Below are positions 39,378-50,451 of a stretch of DNA of 64,000 nucleotides, one piece after another. Where the stretch lies: NCBI RefSeq assembly GCF_900313025.1, contig NZ_OMPQ01000008.1:394482-458481 (forward strand), given 5' to 3'. This DNA comes from Pseudophaeobacter sp. EL27. Lineage in GTDB: Bacteria > Pseudomonadota > Alphaproteobacteria > Rhodobacterales > Rhodobacteraceae. The notes beneath the pieces were generated by a model. The model had not been told where the DNA came from. It searched no databases and worked only from the letters and a program-made list of their open reading frames with translations. Position numbers and translations under genes: made by a program. Positions within the stretch are counted from its first letter, which is position 1. Every line of letters begins with the position of its first letter.

Positions 39378-39962
39378 TTGGGGGAATGGCGTTTGGGTTT
39401 TCGGATTTGTTACCTTGCCAGCAAGGCATCACCAGAAAAACTAGCAGAGGCTTTGAATTTGACTCTTGGTGACCGGCAAACTGAAATGCCGGACGGCCAA
39501 TGGTGGATCGCTAAGCTCATAGAAAGTGGTTGGACAATACTTTGGTCGGAAAGCGAAGGTTTTGGCCAAAACACTTTAGCACAAGTGTCTGAGCTTTCGA
39601 GGCAGTATGAAACCTATATTTGTGAAGTAAATGAAACGGTTATGTGGAGTTCGGCTGAATTCTGGAAAGGTGGGCAGCAAATTTGGAAGATAACACACGC
39701 TGGTGATGGCGACGATTTATTCGATTTGTCAGAATCTGGCGTACTTCCTGAAGGCTTTTCGGAACTGAAACAAATGCACAACTCAGCCCAACAGAATGAT
39801 GGTGAAGGAGACGATCATATTTTTGAGATCCCGCTCGATCTAGCTGCATTGGATTTCGGATTCAGGCACGAGAATTACTTGAAACACAGTGATGTCGAGT
39901 CCTTTTTCACCATCTTTGTTCCTAAGAAAAAGAGCCTCTTTTCGCGTATCTTTGGACGTTAG
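39378..39962 (+). CDS. Hypothetical acidic protein encoded by an AT-rich (~45% GC) orphan gene
   Basis: 194 aa. Codon usage is strongly atypical for this genome. It sits between the nitroreductase and cmk genes. Confidence 0.4.
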   Translation: MGEWRLGFRICYLASKASPEKLAEALNLTLGDRQTEMPDGQWWIAKLIESGWTILWSESEGFGQNTLAQVSELSRQYETYICEVNETVMWSSAEFWKGGQQIWKITHAGDGDDLFDLSESGVLPEGFSELKQMHNSAQQNDGEGDDHIFEIPLDLAALDFGFRHENYLKHSDVESFFTIFVPKKKSLFSRIFGR

Positions 39963-40049
39963 TTCGAACGTCGCTTTGTCCGCATAGCCGCTGTTGGTGA
40001 GCTCCAGCTGAAGCACGTTTGTTGTCGTTTCACTGAATCTTGGAAACCT

Positions 40050-40661
40050 TCAACGACGGGTGGCAACCTCTTGCAGAGCCCGAGCCACCGCCTCTTCAAT
40101 GGCCAAATCACTGGTATCAATCACCACGGCGTCTTCAGCCGGTTTCAATGGTGCCTCAGACCGGTTCATATCACGCTCATCGCGGGCTTTCACATCTGCC
40201 AGGACTTCTTCAAGCGTCTCAGCTTCCCCTTTGGCGGAGAGTTCCAGAAACCGCCGCTGCGCCCGCACTTCGGCACTAGCAGTGACAAAGAGCTTCACCT
40301 CAGCATAGGGGCAGATCACCGTGCCGATGTCGCGCCCGTCCAGAACCGCCCCGCCCGCGCGCCGGGCAAAGGCGCGCTGGAAATCGACCAGCGCCGCGCG
40401 CACCTCGGCAATGACCGCAACTTTGGAGGCCGCCTGTGCCGCCTCGGGGCCGCGCAGATCACCGCGTTGCAGATCTTCGGGCGTCAGGCTCTGTGCTGCG
40501 GCGATGGCTGGCATGCCCTCCAGCACTTTCACCCCAACCGCACGGTAGAGCAGCCCGGTGTCCAGATGTGCGAGGTCCAGCGCAGCGGCGACAGCCTTGG
40601 AAATGGTGCCCTTACCCGCAGCGGCGGGTCCATCAATGGCAATGGTAAAACTTGCGGTCAT
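40050..40661 (-). CDS. cmk: Cytidylate kinase
   Basis: [14 protein letters not shown]-loop and CMP-kinase fold. Confidence 0.9.
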   Translation of the reverse strand: MTASFTIAIDGPAAAGKGTISKAVAAALDLAHLDTGLLYRAVGVKVLEGMPAIAAAQSLTPEDLQRGDLRGPEAAQAASKVAVIAEVRAALVDFQRAFARRAGGAVLDGRDIGTVICPYAEVKLFVTASAEVRAQRRFLELSAKGEAETLEEVLADVKARDERDMNRSEAPLKPAEDAVVIDTSDLAIEEAVARALQEVATRR

Positions 40662-40682
40662 CTGCCCTGCCCTCCTGGCCTG

Positions 40683-42029
40683 TCAGCCCTTGCTCAGCTT
40701 GGCGCCAAGGCCGGTCATCAGCGGCTCAAAAATCGGAAAAGAGGTAGTGATCGGGTTGCCGTCATCAACAGTCACCGAGTTTTGCGCGCCCATGCCCATC
40801 ACCATGAAAGACATGGCGATACGGTGATCCAGGAAGCTCTCGCAGGTGCCGCCGCCTAGAACCCCGTCTGGGCCGAGGCCCTCAACGGACCACCAATCCT
40901 CGCCCTCATCCACGGTGACGCCATTGGCCCGCAGCCCCCGCGCCATCGCGTCGATGCGGTCGCTTTCCTTCACGCGCAGCTCTTTAACGCCAGCCATCAT
41001 TGTTTTGCCAGTGGCAAAGGAGGCAACAACCGACAAGACGGGGTACTCATCGATCATCGAGGCCGCGCGCTCGGGCGGCACCTCGATCCCCTGCATATTG
41101 GGGGAGAATTTCGCCCGCAGATCCGCAACCGGCTCACCGCCCTCTTCGCGCGGGTTTTCAAAGGTCAGATCAGCACCCATGTCCTGCAGGGTGTAGAACA
41201 ACCCGGCGCGAGTGGGGTTGAGGCCAATGCCCGGCACCAAGACATCCGACCCCGGCGTGACCAGGGCCGCACAGACCGGGAAGGCCGCCGAGGAAGGGTC
41301 ACGCGGCACTGCAATCACCTGCGGCTTCAGCTCTGGCTGCCCCGTCAGGGTAATCACCCGGCCTTCATCCGTGTCTTCAACTGTGATTTCCGCGCCAAAG
41401 CCCGCCAGCATCCGCTCAGAGTGATCGCGGGTGGCTTCTTTCTCAATCACCACGGTTTTGCCCGGCGCATTCAGCCCCGCCAGCAGCACCGCGGATTTCA
41501 CCTGCGCCGAGGGCACCGGAACCACATAGCGCACAGGCGTTGGTTCTGCCGCCCCCACGATGGTCATCGGCAAACGCCCGCCCTTGCGACCAACCGCTTT
41601 GGTTCCAAACAGTGCCAGCGGATCAGTGACCCGCGCCATGGGGCGGCCGTTGAGGCTGGCATCGCCGGTAAAGGTCACCGATATAGGCGAGGTCGCCATG
41701 CAGCCCATGATCAGCCGCACGCCAGTGCCGGAGTTACCACAATCAATGACCTGATCCGGCTCGGCAAAACCGCCAACTCCAACCCCGTGTACGGACCAAT
41801 TACCGCCACCGTGGTTGGTCACTTCGGCGCCAAAAGCCTGCATGGCCTTGGCGGTGTCCAATACATCATCGCCTTCCAGCAACCCCGAGATCTTGGTCTC
41901 ACCAATGGCCATGGCCCCCAGGATCAAGGAGCGATGCGAGATCGACTTGTCGCCAGGCACCTCGGCGGTGCCTTTCAGGGGCTCGGCACAGTGAGAGGTC
42001 ATCGGGGTGGGGGTACCGTGTCCGGACAT
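40683..42029 (-). CDS. aroA: 3-phosphoshikimate 1-carboxyvinyltransferase (EPSP synthase)
   Basis: 448 aa. [10 protein letters not shown] and other conserved EPSP motifs. Confidence 0.9.
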   Translation of the reverse strand: MSGHGTPTPMTSHCAEPLKGTAEVPGDKSISHRSLILGAMAIGETKISGLLEGDDVLDTAKAMQAFGAEVTNHGGGNWSVHGVGVGGFAEPDQVIDCGNSGTGVRLIMGCMATSPISVTFTGDASLNGRPMARVTDPLALFGTKAVGRKGGRLPMTIVGAAEPTPVRYVVPVPSAQVKSAVLLAGLNAPGKTVVIEKEATRDHSERMLAGFGAEITVEDTDEGRVITLTGQPELKPQVIAVPRDPSSAAFPVCAALVTPGSDVLVPGIGLNPTRAGLFYTLQDMGADLTFENPREEGGEPVADLRAKFSPNMQGIEVPPERAASMIDEYPVLSVVASFATGKTMMAGVKELRVKESDRIDAMARGLRANGVTVDEGEDWWSVEGLGPDGVLGGGTCESFLDHRIAMSFMVMGMGAQNSVTVDDGNPITTSFPIFEPLMTGLGAKLSKG

Positions 42030-42148
42030 GGCGCTTCCTTTGTCTTTGTCGTGTCTGCTGGCATCCTGTCTGCCTGCATATGTTTCCGCTATCGGTAACG
42101 AATTGCGCCCCCAGCGTCCAGCACCGATCCTTCTCGGGCAGTCTCAGT

Positions 42149-42925
42149 CTATCCGAGGCGGCGGAACGTCAGATAGGTCGGGGTGCGGCCTTCGCGCAGG
42201 GCCTTTTGCTCATAGCGGGTGGAGATCCAATCTCCCCAGGGCTCACGCCAATCAGCCGCCTCAGAGGCGAGCCATTCAAAACCGGCTTTTGGCACCTCTT
42301 CCAGGGTCTGGCGCACATAGTCGGGAATATCCGTGGCCACCCGAAAGATCGCACCGGGTTTGAGACAGCGCGCCAGCGGTTCCAGATGTTCCTGGGTCAC
42401 AAAGCGACGACGATGATGGCGGTTTTTTGGCCAGGGATCAGGATAGAGCAGAAAGGCCTTGGCAATGGATTGCGGCGGGATCACATCCATCAGATCACGC
42501 GCATCGCCAGGATGCACCGCGATATTTTCACAGCCTGCCTTGCGGATTTTGCCAAGCAGCATGGCAACCCCATTGATAAAGGGCTCGGCCCCGATGATGC
42601 CCACATCCGGGTTATTGCTGGCCTGATGCACCAGATGCTCGCCACCGCCAAAACCCACCTCAAGCCAGGTGTCGCGACCGCCAAACAAGGCGTCGAGATC
42701 CAGCGGCGTGCGATCCGGGTTTTCCTCCCAGCCGACAGCGCCGGGGCTTAGTGCTTCGAGATCTTCTGCCAGATAACGTCGCTGACTGTCCTTGAGGGTT
42801 TTACCGCTGAACCGGCCATAAAAGTTGCGCCAGGGCGCGCCACTCACATGGGCGCCGTTTTCCGGGGCACCGCTTTCTGGGCCAGTGTCTTTACCAGCCT
42901 CAAGGGGCGTCTTCTTCTCGGCCAT
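42149..42925 (-). CDS. trmB: tRNA (guanine46-N7)-methyltransferase
   Basis: EVGFGGGEHL SAM motif and TrmB fold. Carries an N-terminal extension. Confidence 0.85.
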   Translation of the reverse strand: MAEKKTPLEAGKDTGPESGAPENGAHVSGAPWRNFYGRFSGKTLKDSQRRYLAEDLEALSPGAVGWEENPDRTPLDLDALFGGRDTWLEVGFGGGEHLVHQASNNPDVGIIGAEPFINGVAMLLGKIRKAGCENIAVHPGDARDLMDVIPPQSIAKAFLLYPDPWPKNRHHRRRFVTQEHLEPLARCLKPGAIFRVATDIPDYVRQTLEEVPKAGFEWLASEAADWREPWGDWISTRYEQKALREGRTPTYLTFRRLG

Positions 42926-43072
42926 GGCAGGGCACTTCCTTTGTTCAGGCGCCGACTTTGGTCAGAAGTGATCAAAGCGACCTTTACAGACAAGGCCCGT
43001 GCGCAGTTGGCCGCTCATCTGCCGCAAGCAGCGCCGCAGGTCAAGAGAGCCACCAGTTTAAGAATGCCTGCG

Positions 43073-43795
43073 CTACTTCTTCTTCTCCAGCTCCACCAGT
43101 GGTGCCTGCTGAGGATTCACCAAGGGCTGGCGCGGCCGCGCAACAACCCCAGGCACTGCCTCGCGCAGCACCCCAGCAGCCTGTAGCTCTTCGTGAGTGG
43201 GATACCAGACTTCGCTAGCTTCGGCCTTCAGTGTTTCGACAACAAAACCGGGATCCACCCCGCGCGAAATCATATAGAGCTGATGGGCATGGATTTCTGA
43301 CTGGGTGTCGGCATAGATCCAAGACCCAAATTCAAAGGGTGTATCCCATCGATTGTGACTTCGGTTACTTCGGTAAAATCGCTGCACCGCTTCGGCTGCC
43401 CAGCTGCGCTGATGAAAGCCAATTTTGGCCCCCCGGGCCATATGCCGCCGATTGCCAGCCAGAAAGACATCCACACAGGCACTGGTGCATTCGCCCTCTA
43501 CATAGGTGTCAAGACTGTATTTTATCACCAGCTCCGCCATCTCGGTCCCGGCATGGACGCTGCCGCCGCTGCTGTTGAGGTGCAATTCCTTGACCTCAAC
43601 GTGCTTTCGCAAGGACCTGTTCAGCGCCCGAATATCTTCATCCGCGATCTCGCCGTTGTTTTTTTCGGTATCATAAATCAACACAGAGCCCTGGACTTCG
43701 AATTTCTCCGACAGCGGCTCCTTTGCCAGAAGCGGCAGGGGCGCGAACGCCAGCGAGGCAGTGGCAAGGAATCGGATCGTCGAAGGGATCATCAT
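43073..43795 (-). CDS. Secreted hypothetical protein with ClpP/crotonase-like fold signature (COG3904-like periplasmic protein)
   Basis: Signal peptide and SGGSVHAG...ECTSACV motifs. Confidence 0.4.
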   Translation of the reverse strand: MMIPSTIRFLATASLAFAPLPLLAKEPLSEKFEVQGSVLIYDTEKNNGEIADEDIRALNRSLRKHVEVKELHLNSSGGSVHAGTEMAELVIKYSLDTYVEGECTSACVDVFLAGNRRHMARGAKIGFHQRSWAAEAVQRFYRSNRSHNRWDTPFEFGSWIYADTQSEIHAHQLYMISRGVDPGFVVETLKAEASEVWYPTHEELQAAGVLREAVPGVVARPRQPLVNPQQAPLVELEKKK

Positions 43796-43915
43796 GTCCT
43801 ACCCAAGTCAGTTACAGGTCCAGCCCCCAGCATGACTCGTGCAGGGGCTGTTGGCAAAGTACAAATTGATGCCACCATGGCCCAGCATTGGCGGCCCGGG
43901 CCCTGAAGACCCAAA

Positions 43916-44776
43916 TCAGCTCTTGGAAAAAATTGCCCGCAGTACAAACATCCCCGGGATGGTCACGATATACATGGTGATCCCATAAACCGCAGCTGGG
44001 ATAGCATAGTCGGGAATGCCCCCCACCTGTGCCACAAGACCGGCAACCGCAATTCCAAGGGCCGCGTTTTGCACCCCCATCTCGATCGAGATGCATAGCC
44101 CGTCACTGCCGGTTAGCCCCAGAGCTGAGGCACTGATCCTTCCCAGCAGCAGGAGGGCCACATTCAAACCGATCAGGATCGGACCCAGCTGGCCGATGCT
44201 ATCGACAAACAGCTGCCAATTGCTGGTCAGCGCCACCCCCACGATGACGACAAACAACACAGTTGCAATCAGCGAGACTGTCTTTTCGGTGCGGATTGCA
44301 AACTCTGCCTTCAGATTACGGACCAGCAGGCCAATCCCCACCGGTACAGCTGTAATTGCAAACATCGAAACCGCAATACTGGTCACATCGATCTGCGGCG
44401 CAGTATTCCCCAGAAACCGCGTGGCGGCCCAGAGGATCAGCACCGGCACCGTGAGCACAGAGAGCAGGCTGACAATCGCCGTCAGGGTAATCGATAGCGC
44501 AACGGTCCCGCCTGCAAGTTTTGTCAGGATATTGGAGGTCACCCCGCCAGGGCAAAAGGACAGCAGCATGACGCCAAAAGCCAATGCGGGCGGCAATTCA
44601 ACCAGCATAAGCGCCAGAAACGCCACAGCAGGAACCGCGACGACCTGCAAAAAAACGCCGGCCAGTACGGCCTTTGGCATGGCAAATACCCGGCCAAAAT
44701 CAGCCAGAGTCAACCCATAGCCCAATGAAAACATGATAAAGGCCAGCGACAACGGCAGCGCCACATCGATCAGCAT
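43916..44776 (-). CDS. Bile acid:sodium symporter (BASS) family transporter
   Basis: 286 aa with ~9 TM helices and typical BASS pattern. Confidence 0.7.
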   Translation of the reverse strand: MLIDVALPLSLAFIMFSLGYGLTLADFGRVFAMPKAVLAGVFLQVVAVPAVAFLALMLVELPPALAFGVMLLSFCPGGVTSNILTKLAGGTVALSITLTAIVSLLSVLTVPVLILWAATRFLGNTAPQIDVTSIAVSMFAITAVPVGIGLLVRNLKAEFAIRTEKTVSLIATVLFVVIVGVALTSNWQLFVDSIGQLGPILIGLNVALLLLGRISASALGLTGSDGLCISIEMGVQNAALGIAVAGLVAQVGGIPDYAIPAAVYGITMYIVTIPGMFVLRAIFSKS

Positions 44777-44883
44777 CCGGCAATTCCTCCCTCATTCAGG
44801 ACAAACCGTGACACAAAACGGCAAAAGGGCCAAAGCTTCCCTGACGGAAGGCTTTGACCCCTGCGTTTAAGCTATGGACTGGC

Positions 44884-46065
44884 TTAGACCGCTTTTTTCA
44901 GCGCTTCGACCAGATCGGTGCGCTCCCAGCTGAAACCGCCATCGGCATCGGGCTCACGGCCAAAATGGCCATAGGCTGCGGTGCGCTGATAGATCGGTTT
45001 GTTCAGGCCCAGGTGCTGACGAATGCCGCGCGGGGTCAGATCCATTGTCTGATCAATTGCCTTTTCAATGGCTGCCGGAGCAACTTCACCGGTACCGTGG
45101 GTATCGGCGTAGATCGACAGCGGCTTGGAAACGCCAATCGCATAGGACAGCTGGATGGTGCATTTTTCAGCCATGCCCGCAGCGACAACGTTTTTCGCCA
45201 GATAGCGCGCTGCATAGGCCGCCGAGCGGTCAACCTTGGTTGGGTCTTTGCCAGAGAAGGCTCCGCCGCCATGTGGCGCCGCGCCACCATAGGTGTCGAC
45301 GATAATTTTGCGGCCCGTCAGGCCCGCATCCCCATCAGGACCACCGATGACAAATTTGCCAGTCGGGTTTACGTGCCAAGTGGTTTCATCCGTCAACCAG
45401 CCCTCGGGCAGGACTTCATGGAAATAGGGGGCAACAATGGCGCGGATATCGGCGGAACTCAGGCTTGCATCCAGATGCTGGGTCGACAGCACCAGCGAGC
45501 TCACACGTACGGGTTTGCCATTTTCATAGACCACCGACAGCTGCGACTTGGCATCAGGACCCAGGGCAGGCTCAGTACCATTCTTGCGCACCTCGGCAAG
45601 GCGGCGCAGAACTGCGTGGCTGTATTGAATAGGGGCAGGCATCAGCTGTGGGGTTTCAGTGGTGGCATAGCCAAACATGATACCCTGATCGCCTGCGCCT
45701 TCGTCTTTGTCAGCCGAGGCATCAACACCCTGGGCAATATGGGCGGACTGCTCGTGCAGCAGGTTGGTGACTTCCACGGTCTCGTGGTGGAATTTGTCCT
45801 GTTCATAGCCGATATCTTTAATACAGGCGCGGGTGATCGCGTCGATCCGCCCCATGTAGTCGTGCAGCTTATCCTGATCGGAAAGGCCCACCTCGCCGCC
45901 AATTACGACGCGATTGGTGGTTGCAAAGGTTTCGGCTGCAACGCGGGCTTCTGGTTCTTCGGCCAGAAATGCGTCCAGAACAGCATCCGAGATCCGGTCA
46001 CAAACCTTATCCGGGTGGCCCTCGGAAACGGATTCCGAAGTGAAAGTAAAATTCTTACGAGACAT
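44884..46065 (-). CDS. metK: S-adenosylmethionine synthase
   Basis: [19 protein letters not shown] and other MetK motifs. Confidence 0.95.
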   Translation of the reverse strand: MSRKNFTFTSESVSEGHPDKVCDRISDAVLDAFLAEEPEARVAAETFATTNRVVIGGEVGLSDQDKLHDYMGRIDAITRACIKDIGYEQDKFHHETVEVTNLLHEQSAHIAQGVDASADKDEGAGDQGIMFGYATTETPQLMPAPIQYSHAVLRRLAEVRKNGTEPALGPDAKSQLSVVYENGKPVRVSSLVLSTQHLDASLSSADIRAIVAPYFHEVLPEGWLTDETTWHVNPTGKFVIGGPDGDAGLTGRKIIVDTYGGAAPHGGGAFSGKDPTKVDRSAAYAARYLAKNVVAAGMAEKCTIQLSYAIGVSKPLSIYADTHGTGEVAPAAIEKAIDQTMDLTPRGIRQHLGLNKPIYQRTAAYGHFGREPDADGGFSWERTDLVEALKKAV

Positions 46066-46181
46066 GAAAAATGCTCCATTGGGTTAACCTCGTCACGTCA
46101 GGAAGCCGTTGTGAGAGGAGATAGTACCAAGTACGCGGGGTTGATCGAGAGGTCAAACACTAATCGGCAAACGTTAATTCG

Positions 46182-47777
46182 CTATGAGCCTTTGGCATTT
46201 TTTCGCCGCTTATTGACCGCCCCCAAAACCACTAGGATACAGAGCAAAAACACCGGCCAATCTCCGGTGCGGCTGTAGAGAGTTGCCGCCAGTGGTTTGG
46301 GTACAAAGGCATCAATCGCCCCTGCCTCACCCAGTGCAATTTTTTCCCGCAGCCGCCCAAAAGGATCGATCATCGCGGTGATCCCGGTATTGGCCGCACG
46401 TAACATCGGCAGCCCCTGCTCAGCTGCACGCATGCGGGCCTGTACCAGGTGCTGATACGGACCGGAACGGGTGCCAAACCAGGCATCATTGGTAATCTGG
46501 ATCAGCATATCGGGACGCGACGGAGCGGCAAGTACATCCCTGGCAAACACCGCCTCATAGCAAATCAATGGCAGAGCCTGGCCAATTCCCAAATCCATCA
46601 GAACTGCACCCGGGCCAGCGGAATAGCCCGCGCCACTTTGTGCTGCAAAACCATAGATCCCAAACCGAGCCATCAGATCACCAAAGGGCACATATTCCCC
46701 AAAGGGCACCAGATGAGCCTTGTCGTAGATCTGATCCACACGCCCTCCTGCATCCACCAAAACAGCTGAGTTGTAATACCGCCCCTCTTCGCGACGCTGG
46801 ATCCCCAACAGGACCGGCGTTCCTGCAACCCGTTCAGATATGGCAGAAAGCGTATCGCTGGCGTTGTGCAACAGCTGCGGCACCGAGGTTTCTGGCCAGA
46901 TGATCAGATCTGGCACGAATTTTGCGGCAAGAGCAGATAGCTCTGCGTTCTGAGCAACCGGGTATCCACCTGTCTCGCTCAGCTCAATCGCACGGCGGAC
47001 AAAATCCCAGCGCCGCTCCGGCAGCCATTTTTCCGCCTGTGGCGCGTTGGGCTGAACCAGTCGCACCAGATGGGAGGTCATTTCCGGCGCCGCGGTTCGT
47101 GGCAAGGCATAGCCCGCCAAGGTGGTCAGCAGTAACGGAGAGACCGCCAGCAGGGGCCGCCTGCGCACAAGCGCAAGTGGCAGTGTTGCCGCGAGGGTCA
47201 GCAGGGCCAACCCCTGCTCGCCGATCCAGGGCAGCAACTGTGCCGCTGGCGTATTGATCCAGAACTGTCCAAACCCTGCCCAGGGAAACCCGGTAAAGAG
47301 ATAGGCCCGGGCAAACTCCGCCAAAGACCAAAGCCCCAGCAAAAGCACCAGACGCCTGCCATCCTGTTTGCGGCCCAGCTCCGTGCCTGTGCTCCAGCGT
47401 GCAGCCAGTCCAAAACTCAGGGCCCAAAAAAGTGCCAATCCAGCCGCCAGAAACACCAGCGCAAACGGTGCCATCCAGGCATAGCGCGCAGCATCAACTT
47501 GAAAGGGTTCAACAATCCAGGACAGCCCAAAACTGAAATACCCCAGCCCTGCGAGCCATCCAATTACCGAGGCCTGCAGCGGAGATCGCGCCCAAAGCGC
47601 CAGCACTCCCAAGCCGCCAAGCGCCAGCGGTAGACTCAACAGGAAATGCAGCGGGGCCAGTGAAACTGACAGCAGCGCCCCCAGACCAAAGGCCGAAAAC
47701 GCTGCAACCCAGCTTGACCTCTGCCCTGCTGCCCGCAGGCACCTAGCCCACAGGCCACTCCTCAGGCCGCTCCTCAC
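46182..47777 (-). CDS. lnt: Apolipoprotein N-acyltransferase
   Basis: N-terminal TM bundle plus a C-terminal nitrilase-like CN-hydrolase domain. Overlaps the corC stop. Confidence 0.85.
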   Translation of the reverse strand: MRSGLRSGLWARCLRAAGQRSSWVAAFSAFGLGALLSVSLAPLHFLLSLPLALGGLGVLALWARSPLQASVIGWLAGLGYFSFGLSWIVEPFQVDAARYAWMAPFALVFLAAGLALFWALSFGLAARWSTGTELGRKQDGRRLVLLLGLWSLAEFARAYLFTGFPWAGFGQFWINTPAAQLLPWIGEQGLALLTLAATLPLALVRRRPLLAVSPLLLTTLAGYALPRTAAPEMTSHLVRLVQPNAPQAEKWLPERRWDFVRRAIELSETGGYPVAQNAELSALAAKFVPDLIIWPETSVPQLLHNASDTLSAISERVAGTPVLLGIQRREEGRYYNSAVLVDAGGRVDQIYDKAHLVPFGEYVPFGDLMARFGIYGFAAQSGAGYSAGPGAVLMDLGIGQALPLICYEAVFARDVLAAPSRPDMLIQITNDAWFGTRSGPYQHLVQARMRAAEQGLPMLRAANTGITAMIDPFGRLREKIALGEAGAIDAFVPKPLAATLYSRTGDWPVFLLCILVVLGAVNKRRKNAKGS

Positions 47778-48676
47778 GCGGCGGGGTCCGGCATCATCAC
47801 CCGCAATCGCTTGATGCGGCGTGGGTCGGCGTCCATGACTTCGAATTCCGGCCCATCGGGGTGCACAATGACCTCTCCGCGTGCGGGCACCCGGCCAGAC
47901 AGCATAAAGACCAGACCGCCAAGCGTCTCGATCTCTTCACCGTCAACATCTTCGTGCCGGGTCAGCGACTGGCCAACCTCGGTCTCAAACTCAGCCAGGG
48001 GCGTACGGGCCAGAGCGATATAGCAGCCGGCTTTTTCCTGATACCAGGTCTGATCTTCGCCGGGGTCGTGTTCGTCTTCGATCTCACCGATGACCTGCTC
48101 GATCAGGTCTTCAATCGTCACCAAGCCGTCGACGCCGCCATATTCGTCGATCACCAAGGCCATATGGCGACGTTCTGCCTGCATCTTGGCCAACAACACC
48201 CCAATTGGCATCGAGGGGGGGACAAAGAGCAAGGGACGCAGCATCTGGGACAGCTCAAACGGCTTGCTGCCGCCATTGAACCCATGTGTCAGGGCAAAAT
48301 CCTTGAGATGGGCAAAGCCCAAAGGCGTATCCAGGGTGCCCTCATAAACAGGGATCCGGGTATAACCGCTATCGCGGAAAACCTGCACCAGATCATCGCG
48401 ATCAATGGAAACCGAAACCGAGAGAATTTCAGCCGAGGGAATGGCCACATCCTCCACCCGCATACGGCGCAGATTCATCATCCCATGTGACTGCGGCTCA
48501 AGGTTTGGCCCCTCCGGCTCCACCTGAGGCTGCTGCATGGGTGCATCCGGCGCCAGGGAGCCAAAAATGCGCTCCCAGAAACCTGGTCGTTGAGCAGTGC
48601 CGGCTTCTGCCGCAGTGCTGCTAATGTTCTGCAGCGCGCCATGCGCCGCGTTAGAACTGCCTTCTATATCGCCCAT
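47774..48676 (-). CDS. corC: CBS-domain hemolysin/CorC family (Mg/Co efflux-associated) protein
   Basis: Two CBS domains and a CorC_HlyC C-terminal domain. Start uncertain (the tool ORF extends to 48748). Confidence 0.75.
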   Translation of the reverse strand: MGDIEGSSNAAHGALQNISSTAAEAGTAQRPGFWERIFGSLAPDAPMQQPQVEPEGPNLEPQSHGMMNLRRMRVEDVAIPSAEILSVSVSIDRDDLVQVFRDSGYTRIPVYEGTLDTPLGFAHLKDFALTHGFNGGSKPFELSQMLRPLLFVPPSMPIGVLLAKMQAERRHMALVIDEYGGVDGLVTIEDLIEQVIGEIEDEHDPGEDQTWYQEKAGCYIALARTPLAEFETEVGQSLTRHEDVDGEEIETLGGLVFMLSGRVPARGEVIVHPDGPEFEVMDADPRRIKRLRVMMPDPAA

Positions 48677-48698
48677 CTGTCCTATCCAAAATGCCCCG

Positions 48699-49211
48699 CT
48701 AGAGGCTGTCATCCACTGTATATGGGTCATCCAGACCCATATTGCCAAGTATCTCGACTTCCAAGCCCTCCATCACTGTGGCGTCAAGGTCGCTAATGTG
48801 ATCATAGCCCAAAAGATGCAACACTCCGTGAACGATCAAATGGCGCAAATGATCAGCTAAGGGCATTTTTGCGGCAAGAGCTTCGCGTTTACAGGTATCG
48901 TAGGCAATGGCGATATCGCCCAGCGGGATCTCGCCGGTGAAATCCGCCTGCGGTGCGACGGGTTTTCCGCCCGGCTCAGATGCGGCCAGATCCCCTGCGG
49001 GCCAGCTCAGCACATTGGTCGCGACTGGTTTTTCACGGAATTCTGCGTTCAGTTCCGCGATCTGATCATCATCGCAGGCCAGCAGAGCTATTTCACATTC
49101 ATCAGGATCAAGATCAAAATGCCCAAGCGTTGCGATAACCGCCTGATGTGCCAATTCTTCCAGCCCAGCCTGTTGCCAGCGACTGTCCTCGATTGTGATC
49201 TCCAAAGCCAT
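48699..49211 (-). CDS. ybeY: rRNA maturation endoribonuclease YbeY
   Basis: HGVLHLLGYDH zinc motif. Confidence 0.9.
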   Translation of the reverse strand: MALEITIEDSRWQQAGLEELAHQAVIATLGHFDLDPDECEIALLACDDDQIAELNAEFREKPVATNVLSWPAGDLAASEPGGKPVAPQADFTGEIPLGDIAIAYDTCKREALAAKMPLADHLRHLIVHGVLHLLGYDHISDLDATVMEGLEVEILGNMGLDDPYTVDDSL

Positions 49212-49280
49212 TTCGCCGTCACCCTCACATCACAGCACTACTGCGCCGCCTACCAAAACCTCGCCGCCTCTCGCCTTTGT

Positions 49281-50288
49281 TCAGGCTGGGGGTGTCTCGG
49301 CGTCATAGGCCTCGATGATGGCGGCGACAAGCGGATGTCGCACAACGTCACGCGCGGTGAAGTAATTAAAGCTGATCTTGGAGATCGGCGCCAACAGCCG
49401 TTCCGCATCCGCCAGTCCAGAGGTGACCCCACGCGGCAGATCCACCTGGGTCCGGTCGCCGGTCACCACCATGCGTGAGCCTTCGCCCAGACGGGTCAGG
49501 AACATCTTCATCTGCATCGAGGTGGCATTCTGCGCCTCATCCAGAACCACAAAGGCATTGGAGAGTGTCCGCCCCCGCATAAAGGCCAGAGGCGCGATCT
49601 CGATCTGCTTTTCCTCCAGCAGTTTTGCCAATTGCTTGCCCGGAAGGAAATCATTCAGCGCGTCATAGAGCGGCTGCATATAGGGATCGACCTTGTCTTT
49701 CATGTCGCCCGGCAGATAGCCAAGTTTCTCTCCGGCCTCGACGGCAGGGCGCGACAGAATGATCTTATCAACCTGGCCGGTGATAAACAGGTTCACCCCG
49801 ACAGCTACCGCCAGATAAGTCTTACCCGTGCCTGCAGGACCAATGCCAAAGGCCAGCTCATGCTCAAACAAAGAGCGCACATAGGCCTTTTGCGCGTCAG
49901 TGCGTGGCTCTACCAGCTTTTTGCGGGTCTTGATCTCGACAGGGCCACCCTTGAACATCTCCAGCTGATCGTCAGCATCCCCATCCTCGGAATGGCCCAT
50001 GCGCAGCTCGCGATCAACGTCGCCATGTTCAACACTGCGCCCCGTCTCCAAGCGGTCATAGAGCGCAATCAGCACTTCAGCAGCCTGATCACGCAGCGCC
50101 CCCTCCCCCAGAACCGAAAGCTGGTTGCCCCGGCGGACAATCTGTACTCCGATCTTCTGCTCGATCTCAGTCAGGTTGCGATCATATTCACCGCAAAGAT
50201 CAATCAGCAGGCGGTTGTCAGGAAATTCAAGCAGCACCTCATGCGTACTGCTGGTGGTCGGTGGCTGGATCCGGGCGCTTGTGGCCAA
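49281..50288 (-). CDS. phoH: PhoH family ATPase
   Basis: N-terminal KH-like domain plus PhoH P-loop GPAGTGKT. Confidence 0.9.
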   Translation of the reverse strand: MATSARIQPPTTSSTHEVLLEFPDNRLLIDLCGEYDRNLTEIEQKIGVQIVRRGNQLSVLGEGALRDQAAEVLIALYDRLETGRSVEHGDVDRELRMGHSEDGDADDQLEMFKGGPVEIKTRKKLVEPRTDAQKAYVRSLFEHELAFGIGPAGTGKTYLAVAVGVNLFITGQVDKIILSRPAVEAGEKLGYLPGDMKDKVDPYMQPLYDALNDFLPGKQLAKLLEEKQIEIAPLAFMRGRTLSNAFVVLDEAQNATSMQMKMFLTRLGEGSRMVVTGDRTQVDLPRGVTSGLADAERLLAPISKISFNYFTARDVVRHPLVAAIIEAYDAETPPA

Positions 50289-50451
50289 TGGGGGGGGCTC
50301 CTGTGTTTGGTGTTTCTCCCCTCAGTCTGCATCTGCCATCCGGCAGGCGCAAGCAGGCGGCCCGTAAATTCACGCAAATGAGACAAAAAAGGCCGCCCCA
50401 ATCGGAGCGACCATATCATAATCCCATAAGATTTCAAAAGGCACTAGAGCC

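Noticed and set aside
40071-40859. 262-aa ORF antisense to cmk/aroA
   Set aside because: It overlaps two well-supported genes on the opposite strand.
44854-46278. 474-aa ORF antisense to metK
   Set aside because: Shadow ORF; metK identity is unambiguous on the minus strand.
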